Source: Pyrinomonadaceae bacterium (lineage in GTDB: Bacteria > Acidobacteriota > Blastocatellia > Pyrinomonadales > Pyrinomonadaceae). From it: a stretch of 64,000 bases of DNA. Made by a program: the position numbers and the translations under genes. The DNA lies in contig DASWRI010000044.1 of assembly GCA_036403235.1 (NCBI GenBank), forward strand, positions 6,193 through 70,192. Reading direction: 5' to 3'. A model generated the notes under the pieces. That model had not been told where the DNA came from and ran no database searches. It was given only the letters and a program-made list of their open reading frames with translations. The first letter of the stretch is position 1. Every line of letters starts with the position of its first letter. Positions 56,173-64,000 of this stretch are shown here, piece by piece.

Positions 56173-56479
56173 AGTCTGGTGGGTGAATTTCGAGCCGGCT
56201 ATCGGCGGCGAAATCAAAAAACAGCGTCCCGCCGTTATCCTGAGCAACGACGTTTCCAACAAATATCTCAACCGCGTTCAAGTCGTGCCGCTTTCGAGTC
56301 AAATTGACAAACTTTATCCGAGCGAGGCTTACGTCCAATTCGGCGGAAAACAGGCAAAAGCCTTAGCCGACCAACTGACAACCGTCAGCAAACAGCGTCT
56401 GCTAAATAAAGCCGGACATTTATCAAAAGCAGATGTTGAGCAAGTTGAAAGAGTAGTTAAGATACAGCTTGATTTATAA
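56159..56479 (+). CDS. mazF: MazF/PemK-family type II toxin endoribonuclease
   Basis: MKRGEVWWVNFEPAIGGEIKKQRPAVILSND...VVPLSS. 106 aa. Confidence 0.9.
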   Translation: MKRGEVWWVNFEPAIGGEIKKQRPAVILSNDVSNKYLNRVQVVPLSSQIDKLYPSEAYVQFGGKQAKALADQLTTVSKQRLLNKAGHLSKADVEQVERVVKIQLDL

Positions 56480-56549
56480 AAAGATGACGATACTTTATCT
56501 TACGTTAATTTGACAATAAAAGATTTGCATTGCTAGTGGGGAATTGATT

Positions 56550-57209
56550 ATGGATAGTTCAACAAAAATTATGCGGTTAGAAATAGATGGTCAATGGACT
56601 GCCGACGATATGATAAATTCAATTAAAGCAGTTCAAGATTTGTATAATCTAAGGCTAATTTTGCAATTTGAATATGAAGAATGGTTAGAATGGCGAGAGT
56701 TTTATCATGAATTAAAATTTTTTCCACCTTTTCGTAAAAGAATGCAAGCTAGATTATTTTTTGAAAGAGATAATTTCCCATCTTGTTCAACGATAATCCC
56801 ACTAAACGAAGATGAGCTTAGTCGAATTTCCGAGTTATGTTATCCGAATGAAATTTTAAATGTTCGCCGCATAAAATATGGTTCTAAGGGAATTAAAGAC
56901 TTAGCGGGAATTGGCGAGATAATCGGTCATGTTAAGGATTTCATTCTTGAACTAATCCATATTAGAAAAGACAAAGAAAAACGCAGCCTCGAAAATGAAG
57001 AAAGGAAACTAAAGAATCAACACTTACAACTAGAAAATGCCCAAAAATATGTTGAGTTAGCTAAAAGTATTGGCTTAAAAAAAACTGAAATTAGGCAATT
57101 GGTTAAATTAGCTGATAACAAACAGGAAAAATTAGTTGATTTAATTGATGAAGGGAAAATATACGGAGTTAGATTATTAAATTCTAACGAAGAAAATTTA
57201 GACATATAA
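56550..57209 (+). CDS. hypothetical protein in a low-GC islet (C-terminal coiled coil)
   Basis: 219 aa from ATG 56550. No motif recognised. Strongly AT-rich coding sequence. Confidence 0.55.
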   Translation: MDSSTKIMRLEIDGQWTADDMINSIKAVQDLYNLRLILQFEYEEWLEWREFYHELKFFPPFRKRMQARLFFERDNFPSCSTIIPLNEDELSRISELCYPNEILNVRRIKYGSKGIKDLAGIGEIIGHVKDFILELIHIRKDKEKRSLENEERKLKNQHLQLENAQKYVELAKSIGLKKTEIRQLVKLADNKQEKLVDLIDEGKIYGVRLLNSNEENLDI

Positions 57210-57222
57210 CTTCGTTTGATTT

Positions 57223-60200
57223 ATGAAATTATCACCAACCCAAATTTTTAAAGGTAAAAAGATTTTCTTTATCGGCGGCACGGGCTTTGTCGGTAAGGTT
57301 ACGCTTTCGATGCTGCTCAATAATTTTCCCGACATCGGGCGAGTTTATGCGACCGTCAGAGCGCGAGATGCGAAAGAATCGGAAATTCGTTTTTGGACGA
57401 GCATCGTCACAAGCCCGACGTTTGACCCTTTAAGAGAAAAATACGGCGACAAATTTGAAAATTTTATCCGCGAAAAAGTCGTGCCGGTGAACGGCGACGT
57501 CGGCAACGAATTTCTCGGTTTAGATGAAAAGGAAGCGAAAAAGTTAATGCGCGACTGCGACATTATCATCAACGGCGCGGGCAACGTGACGTTTAATCCG
57601 CCGCTCGAAAGCGCCTTGAGAACAAACGTCGTCGGCTCAAACAATATTTTGAAAATGGCGCGCCTGATGAAGCGCCCCGCGCTCGTGCACGTTTCGACCT
57701 GTTTTGTCGCCGGTAAACGGAGCGGCGCGATTTGGGAAAACGAGCCGGTCGTCGGGTATTTCCCGAGAAAAAACGAGCTCGTCGGCACCACCTTCGACGT
57801 CAACAAGGAAATCGAAGACTGCGCCCGCCTGTCCGAACAGGCGCGTCAGGAAGCCGACGACGCGATGCAGATTGCGAAATTTCGCGAGCAGGCGAGAACG
57901 CGTTTCGAGGAAGAAGGACGCGACCCGGACGACGAGACGGAATTGAAATCGGCGATTTTCCGCGAGCGCAAGATGTGGATTCGTGAGCGGACGACCGAAC
58001 TCGGTGCGGAGCGCGCCGAATATTGGGGCTGGACGAATATCTACACTTATTCGAAATCTCTGGCCGAGCAAATCATCGCGCAGCAGGACGACGTCGTCAA
58101 GATTCTCATCCGGCCGTCGATTGTCGAATCTTCGCAAAGTTACCCGTTTCCGGGCTGGAACGAAGGCTTTACGACGACTGCGCCGTTGATTTTAATCGCG
58201 CTGCGCGGCCAGCCGATTATTCCGGTCAACGAAAAGCTCGTTCTCGACATAATTCCGGTCGATATGGTCTCGGGCGCAATCCTCGGCGCGGCCATGAACG
58301 CGCTCGTCGACGACACTCCGCCGCTCGTTTTTCAGGCCTGCTCGGGCGATTCGAATCCGAACGATATGGAGCGCATCGTCGGTCTCGTCGGTCTTTACAA
58401 ACGCGAGCATTTCAAGGAAAAGGAAACCGGAAATAAATTGGTAAATAACGTCGCCGCGATGATTGAAGCCTCGCCCGTAACGCAGAAAACCTACGAAAGA
58501 GTGTCCGCGCCGATGCTCAACAAACTGGCTAAGCGCGCCAACGTTTTGCTCGATAGGGCCAAGCCGACGTGGGCCGGCGGGCGGCTCTCAAACATCGTTT
58601 CCGATTTGCAGAAATCGGTCGAAAATTTCGAGCGGACGACGCAGGAGACGATGGACGCGTTCTCGATGTTCAAGCCGTTTATGATTGACAACGAATATCT
58701 GTATCGCGCCGACAATCTGCGCGCGCTGATGTCGCTCGTCAAGGAAAAGGAAAAAGATTTGCTGCCGTGGTATCCCGAGCGGCTCGATTGGTACGACTAC
58801 TGGCTCAACGTCCATTTTCCCGGAATGAGAAAATGGGTTTTGCCGCAGCTCGAAGAAGATTTAAAAATTCAGGAGCGCCGCTCTTACACATACAAGGATT
58901 TGCTCGATTTGTTCGACACTTCGGTCAAACGCTTTTCGACGCGCGTCGCGATGCGCATCGAGCGCAACGGGCGCAAAGAGCAGTACACTTTTGAAGACGT
59001 CAGGGAACTGACTTTGCGCGCCGCCGGATTTTTCGCCGCGAGCGGCATCAAGCAGAACGACCGCGTCATTTTGTTTTCAAACAATATGCCCGAATGGGGC
59101 TTGTCGTATTTCGGCATTTTGAAAACCGGCGCGACCGCGATTCCGATTGACCCGGCCAGCTCGATTGACGAAATCATAAATTTTGCGCGCGCGGGCGAGG
59201 CTTCGGCGATTGTTATTTCCACGAAATTAGCCGGCGAAAATCCCGAATTGGCCAAAAAACTGAAGGAAGCAAAACTGAAGTTAAACGTCTGGACGTTTGA
59301 AGAAGTTTTCGAGATGCACCCGGAAATCGAGGAAGCCAAACGCATCGCGCTGCTGCCCGGTAAAATTTTGTCGAATTCGGTCGCGTCCCTGATTTTTACT
59401 TCGGGCACGACCGGAACGCCGAAAGCCGTCATGCTCTCGCACAAAAATTTCGTCAATATGATTTCGATGTTGTCGAGCGTTTTGGAAATGGACATCACCG
59501 ACGGCGTTTTGTCGGTTCTGCCGATGCATCACACGTTTGAGTTCAGCGCCGGATTTTTGACGCCTTTTTCAAACGGGACGCAGATTACGTATCTCGACGA
59601 GCTTTCGGCGGAAGAGCTTTCGCGCTCAATCGAAAACGGCCACGTGACGGGAATGGTCGGCGTTCCGGCGCTCTGGGAAATGCTCCATCGCCGGATAAAG
59701 ACGCGTCTCAGGGAGCGCGGCGACTGGTTTGCCGATTTTGCCGACAGCGTCATCGACTTCAACGCCTGGATACGCGACAACACGCCGTTTAATCTCGGCC
59801 CGATTATCTTTTTCCCGATTCATCAGGGAATGGGCGGGCGGATGCGCTATCTGATTTCGGGCGGCTCGGCTTTGAGCGAAAAAGTCCAGAAAGACTTGCA
59901 CGGATTAGGATTTACCGTTCTTGAAGGTTACGGTTTGACCGAATCTTCGCCCGTCCTGACGGTCGCGCGTCCGGGAAACAAATTGTTAAGGGGAAGCGTC
60001 GGCAAGCCTCTGCCCGGAATCGAGGTAAAAATCGACTCGCCCGATGAAAACGGCGTCGGTGAAGTTCTCGCGCGCGGGCAGAACATAATGCTCGGCTATT
60101 ACAATAACGAGGAAGCGACCGAAGCCGTCCTTCATGACCGCTGGTTGAAAACGGGCGATTTGGGCAAACTCGACGAAGACGGAAATCTATACATCGTCGG

Positions 60201-61641
60201 GCGTTCAAAGGACGTTATTATCGATTCGAACGGCAAAAACATATACCCGGACGAAATCGAGGATTTATACGGAAAGTCCGGTTTTATCAAGGAATTATCA
60301 ATCGTCGGCCTGGCGGACGATGACGGCGGCGAGAAAATCGCGGCGCTCGTCGTGCCCGATTACGAGCACGACATCGCCTTGAGCCGAAGCGATACGAACA
60401 AAAAAGTCGAAGAACATTTCCGCGAGGTTTCCGCCGCGCTGCCGTTTTTCAAACGCGTCAAGGTTTTGCACCTGACGCCGTTTGAGCTGCCGCGGACGGC
60501 GACCAGAAAAGTTAAACGTCCCGAAGTCGTCGAGATGCTTCAATCGCTCGAAGAACGGGCGAAAAAGAAAACAAAGGCGGTCGCCGAATCAAAAGGCGAC
60601 GACAATGTTCTGTGGCTTCGCAAAATCGTCGCGACCGTTTCAAACCGTCCGCTTTCCGACATCGCCGTCGAAGACAAATTAGCCGATTTGGGCTTTGACA
60701 GCTTGATGTTTGTCGAGCTTCAAGCGGCGGTCGAAGACGCCGGCGGGCGCGTCGCGTCGCCCGATACTTTGAACGAAGTGCAGACCGTTCGCGAGCTTTT
60801 AACGGCGGTTCAGCGCGTCGATACGCGCAAGAAAATCGTCGACGAGCCGCGCGCCGAGGAGAAAAAGGAAGAGGAAATTTTTATTCCGTCGATTGTCCGC
60901 AAGCTCGGAAACTCAATCGTCGATTTTGCGCAGGAGACGCTTTACAACTCGGTTTTGAACACATCGATTGAAGGCGAGTCGAACGTTCCGGTTCACGCCA
61001 ATTTTATCGTCGCGTCAAATCACACGTCGCATCTCGATATGGGGTTGGTGAAACGTGCGCTCGGAAAGGACGTCGCCGAGCAGACGGTCGCGGTCGCGGC
61101 GGCCGATTACTGGTTCGACACGAAATACAAGCGCGCGTATATGAACAATTTCACGACGCTGATTCCGATTGAGCGTTCGGGAAGTTTGCGCCAATCTTTG
61201 CGGCACGTCACACAAATTTTGAACGAAGGCTACAACACTTTGATTTTTCCCGAAGGCGGACGCCAGACATCCGGCGAGATTGCCGAATTCAAACCGATTA
61301 TTGGCTATCTCGCATTAAACGAAAAAGTCGGGATTCTGCCGGTTTATCTGTGGGGAACATACGAAGCGTTTCCGAAAGGAATGACGATTCCGCCGCGCTC
61401 GAGCATCGGCGCTAACATCGGCGCGAAAGTCGGAAGATTTTTGGAATACGAACAGCTTCTGGAGATGACCAAAGGCGTGCCGAACACCGAGGCGTATCGC
61501 CTGATTGCCGCGCGCGTCCAGCACGAAATCGAAAATATGCGCGACGGTCGGCGCGACAAATTCGACGTCGCGGCGGTTCGCAAACGTTGGCGCGCCGAAC
61601 GCAGAAAATCGCGCAAGCAGGCGCCTGTAATTGAAGATTAA
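57223..61641 (+). CDS. four-module lipid enzyme: fatty-acyl reductase / acyl-AMP ligase / ACP / 1-acylglycerol-3-phosphate acyltransferase (ElbD-like)
   Basis: GGTGFVGK (57274-57297) and YTYSK. TSGTTGTPK (59398-59424). LGFDSLM with Ser codon at 60700-60702. NHTSHLD (61018-61038). FPEGGR (61246-61263). Confidence 0.85.
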   Translation: MKLSPTQIFKGKKIFFIGGTGFVGKVTLSMLLNNFPDIGRVYATVRARDAKESEIRFWTSIVTSPTFDPLREKYGDKFENFIREKVVPVNGDVGNEFLGLDEKEAKKLMRDCDIIINGAGNVTFNPPLESALRTNVVGSNNILKMARLMKRPALVHVSTCFVAGKRSGAIWENEPVVGYFPRKNELVGTTFDVNKEIEDCARLSEQARQEADDAMQIAKFREQARTRFEEEGRDPDDETELKSAIFRERKMWIRERTTELGAERAEYWGWTNIYTYSKSLAEQIIAQQDDVVKILIRPSIVESSQSYPFPGWNEGFTTTAPLILIALRGQPIIPVNEKLVLDIIPVDMVSGAILGAAMNALVDDTPPLVFQACSGDSNPNDMERIVGLVGLYKREHFKEKETGNKLVNNVAAMIEASPVTQKTYERVSAPMLNKLAKRANVLLDRAKPTWAGGRLSNIVSDLQKSVENFERTTQETMDAFSMFKPFMIDNEYLYRADNLRALMSLVKEKEKDLLPWYPERLDWYDYWLNVHFPGMRKWVLPQLEEDLKIQERRSYTYKDLLDLFDTSVKRFSTRVAMRIERNGRKEQYTFEDVRELTLRAAGFFAASGIKQNDRVILFSNNMPEWGLSYFGILKTGATAIPIDPASSIDEIINFARAGEASAIVISTKLAGENPELAKKLKEAKLKLNVWTFEEVFEMHPEIEEAKRIALLPGKILSNSVASLIFTSGTTGTPKAVMLSHKNFVNMISMLSSVLEMDITDGVLSVLPMHHTFEFSAGFLTPFSNGTQITYLDELSAEELSRSIENGHVTGMVGVPALWEMLHRRIKTRLRERGDWFADFADSVIDFNAWIRDNTPFNLGPIIFFPIHQGMGGRMRYLISGGSALSEKVQKDLHGLGFTVLEGYGLTESSPVLTVARPGNKLLRGSVGKPLPGIEVKIDSPDENGVGEVLARGQNIMLGYYNNEEATEAVLHDRWLKTGDLGKLDEDGNLYIVGRSKDVIIDSNGKNIYPDEIEDLYGKSGFIKELSIVGLADDDGGEKIAALVVPDYEHDIALSRSDTNKKVEEHFREVSAALPFFKRVKVLHLTPFELPRTATRKVKRPEVVEMLQSLEERAKKKTKAVAESKGDDNVLWLRKIVATVSNRPLSDIAVEDKLADLGFDSLMFVELQAAVEDAGGRVASPDTLNEVQTVRELLTAVQRVDTRKKIVDEPRAEEKKEEEIFIPSIVRKLGNSIVDFAQETLYNSVLNTSIEGESNVPVHANFIVASNHTSHLDMGLVKRALGKDVAEQTVAVAAADYWFDTKYKRAYMNNFTTLIPIERSGSLRQSLRHVTQILNEGYNTLIFPEGGRQTSGEIAEFKPIIGYLALNEKVGILPVYLWGTYEAFPKGMTIPPRSSIGANIGAKVGRFLEYEQLLEMTKGVPNTEAYRLIAARVQHEIENMRDGRRDKFDVAAVRKRWRAERRKSRKQAPVIED

Positions 61642-61645
61642 ATTT

Positions 61646-63010
61646 ATGACGAAATCTCTAAAAGTAAATTTTTTGGTGTCCGCATTTTTGATTTTCGCGC
61701 TTGTTTCGTCTTCGTTCGGTCAGGCGAAAGTCGATAAAAAACAAATGACGGCCGAGGTCAAAGCGGAATTTCTGCACGCCTGGAACGGGTACAAAAAATA
61801 CGCGTGGGGACACGACGATTTGAAGCCTTTGAGCAAAACTTACAAGGATTGGTACGGCGAGACGCTCCTGATGACGCCGGTCGACGCGCTCGACTCGCTC
61901 GTTTTGCTCGGCTTCAAAACGGAAGCCGATAAAACACGCAAATACATCACGGACAATCTTTCGTTCGACAAAGACGTTTACGTCCAGAATTTTGAAATCA
62001 CGATTCGTCTGCTCGGCGGTTTGCTCTCAAGCTATCAAATGACGGGCGACAAAAAACTGCTCGCTCTGGCCGAAGATTTGGGCAACCGGCTTTTGCCCGT
62101 TTTCGCGTCGCCGACCGGAATTCCGTATCGCTACGTCAATCTCAAAACCGGAAAAGTAAAAGGCGAAGTGACAAATCCGGCCGAAGCGGGAACATTGCTG
62201 ATTGAATTCGGGACTTTGAGCAAGCTGACGAAAAAGCCTGTATTTTACGATAAAGCGAAACGCGCTCTGGTCGAAACTTACAATCGCCGCTCGCCGCTCG
62301 GCCTGGTCGGAACGCGCATCAACGTCGAGACCGGAAAATGGACGAATACCGACTCGCACGTCAGCGCCGAGATTGATTCGTATTACGAGTATCTTTTGAA
62401 GTGCGCGATTCTTTTCGACGATAAAGACTGTCGCAAAATGTGGGAAGAAGGCATTGCGGCGATAAATAAAAATCTGGCCGACGAAGTGCGCGGCGAGCTT
62501 TGGTACGGCCACGCCGATATGACTTCGGGAAAGCGAACCGCGACCGTGTCCGGCGCGCTCGACGCGTTTTTCCCGGCGATTCTGGCCTTGTCGGGCGATT
62601 TGGCGCGTGCCAAACGCCTCCAGGATTCAAGCTTCAAAATGTGGACGAAGTATGACATCGAGCCCGAAGAATACGATTATCAGAAACAGGAAATCGGCGA
62701 CGCGAGCTATCATCTGCGGCCGGAAATCGTCGAATCGACGTATTATCTTTATCAATACACTTCGGACGAAAAATATCTGCAAATGGGCAAAACTTTTTTC
62801 GACGATTTTGTAAAATACTGTAAGACGGACGACGCATACGCCGTCTTAAAAAGCGTCGTCACCAAAGAAAAAGCGGACACGATGCACAGTTTTCTGTTTG
62901 CGGAAACTTTCAAATATTATTATTTATTATTTGCGCCGCCGCGGGCTTTGGACTTTAAGAAAGTTGTTTTTAATACCGAAGCGCATCCGGTAAAAAAGAC
63001 CTGGAAATAA
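61646..63010 (+). CDS. secreted glycoside hydrolase family 47 (class I alpha-mannosidase) homologue
   Basis: Signal peptide. AWxGYKKYAWGHDDLKP and FEITIRLLGGLLSSY blocks are characteristic of GH47. Starts 4 nt after the upstream stop. Confidence 0.78.
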   Translation: MTKSLKVNFLVSAFLIFALVSSSFGQAKVDKKQMTAEVKAEFLHAWNGYKKYAWGHDDLKPLSKTYKDWYGETLLMTPVDALDSLVLLGFKTEADKTRKYITDNLSFDKDVYVQNFEITIRLLGGLLSSYQMTGDKKLLALAEDLGNRLLPVFASPTGIPYRYVNLKTGKVKGEVTNPAEAGTLLIEFGTLSKLTKKPVFYDKAKRALVETYNRRSPLGLVGTRINVETGKWTNTDSHVSAEIDSYYEYLLKCAILFDDKDCRKMWEEGIAAINKNLADEVRGELWYGHADMTSGKRTATVSGALDAFFPAILALSGDLARAKRLQDSSFKMWTKYDIEPEEYDYQKQEIGDASYHLRPEIVESTYYLYQYTSDEKYLQMGKTFFDDFVKYCKTDDAYAVLKSVVTKEKADTMHSFLFAETFKYYYLLFAPPRALDFKKVVFNTEAHPVKKTWK

Positions 63011-63011
63011 A

Positions 63012-64000
63012 ATGGCAGCTAGAAAAACAAAAGCATTGGCGAAAATTGAAAAGAAAATCCTAATCACCGGCGGGACGGGATTTTTAGGAACGCACATTGT
63101 CCGGCAGTTTCTGGAAAATGGCGAGAAAAATCTGCGCGTGATGGCATCGAGCGTTCCCGTCTGGATGCGAGACGCGGGCGTTGAAGCGGCGGAAGGCTCG
63201 GTGACGAACCGGGAAGACGTGGCCAATGCAGTCAAAAACGCTTCGGCCGTTTATCATCTTGCGGGCCGGGTTTCGCGCGACAACGAAGACGCCGCATTGA
63301 TGAACAAAATTCACGTCGAAGGCACGAGAATTTTATGCGAGGCGGCGAAGGAATCGGGCGTGAAAACGTTTGTTTTAGCTTCGTCGAGCGGCACGATTGC
63401 CGTTTCCGAAAACGAGGACATTCTCGACGAAACTTACCCGACGCCCGTCGAAATCATCTCGCGCTGGGCGTATTACGCTTCGAAATATTATCAGGAAAGA
63501 ACCGCTCTCGAAAATTTCGACGGCAAAGGCTTAAAGCTCGTGATTTTGAATCCGTCGCTGCTTTTGGGAACGGGCGACGAGCGTTTAAGCTCGACCAAAG
63601 TAATTCTGGATTTTCTCGCGCGAAAAATTCCCTACACGCCGTCGGGCGGGCTTTCGTTTGTCGATGCGCGCGACGCGGCGGCTGCTTTTATTAATTCTCT
63701 CGAAAAGGGAAGCCACCGCGAAAAGTACTTACTCGGCGCGGCGAATATGACTTTCGCGCAGTTTTTCGGGCGGCTCGCACGTCTTTCGGGCGTTTCCGCT
63801 CCCGTCTTGCGCGTACCGAAACGGCTGGCGATGGCGGGCGCGAGCTTGATTGATTCGGTCTTTAAGAACTGGAATAAACCGTCGCCGATTCAGCCGAAAG
63901 AAGTCGAGCAGGCCGAATATTTCTGGTATTTCGACTCGGCAAAAGCCGCAGAAGAACTCGATTTTGCGCCGCGCGATGCGCAGGAAACTCTGCAGGACAC
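63012..64000 (+). CDS. NAD-dependent epimerase/dehydratase (extended SDR), 3-prime end outside window
   Basis: ILITGGTGFLGTH Rossmann motif and YYASK (YxxxK). ATG lies 1 nt after the GH47 stop. The frame is open to the window end and is not in the ORF track. Confidence 0.8.
   Translation, partial: MAARKTKALAKIEKKILITGGTGFLGTHIVRQFLENGEKNLRVMASSVPVWMRDAGVEAAEGSVTNREDVANAVKNASAVYHLAGRVSRDNEDAALMNKIHVEGTRILCEAAKESGVKTFVLASSSGTIAVSENEDILDETYPTPVEIISRWAYYASKYYQERTALENFDGKGLKLVILNPSLLLGTGDERLSSTKVILDFLARKIPYTPSGGLSFVDARDAAAAFINSLEKGSHREKYLLGAANMTFAQFFGRLARLSGVSAPVLRVPKRLAMAGASLIDSVFKNWNKPSPIQPKEVEQAEYFWYFDSAKAAEELDFAPRDAQETLQD

Overview
This is a 64-kb bacterial chromosomal window of about 50% GC, densely coding, with about 60 CDS and one tRNA-Arg(CCU). 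I saw no rRNA, CRISPR array, transposase or integrase. The gene content suggests an Acidobacteriota-like organism, but that is inference only: TPR giants, delta-60 and FG-GAP repeat proteins, CHRD, and an ElbD-like ether-lipid megaenzyme.

Most genes are housekeeping: trxA, thiD/thiE, mutM, apt, radA, ispD/ispF, coaD, tsaE, nnr, deoA, a fused homocysteine methyltransferase/MTHFR, and a BMP-type ABC importer.

Observations worth a second look:
- Two arrays of 10 and 11 direct repeats have an exact 21-bp period (26328-26537 and 51414-51644). Each lies just 5-prime of a gene and in the same orientation to it. They are not CRISPR and not convincingly coding.
- Intergenic hairpins are pervasive, and most arms are tandem heptamer words (GTGAAAA, CTGACCA, GAATTAC, AGTCTNA). 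At least 20 loci fill almost every spacer. Structure is conserved while sequence is not.
- A 1472-aa fusion of reductase, acyl-AMP ligase, ACP and acyltransferase sits in a tight operon with a GH47 mannosidase homologue and an SDR.
- A low-GC islet carries mazEF plus an orphan gene.
- A MerR-controlled metal locus has a cupredoxin / Met-rich / outer-membrane-barrel fusion.
- A 1663-aa TPR protein has an embedded papain/C39-like domain.
- A Vms1/eRF1-like gene is translationally coupled to a 49-codon microORF.

All family assignments come from motifs read by eye. No searches were run.
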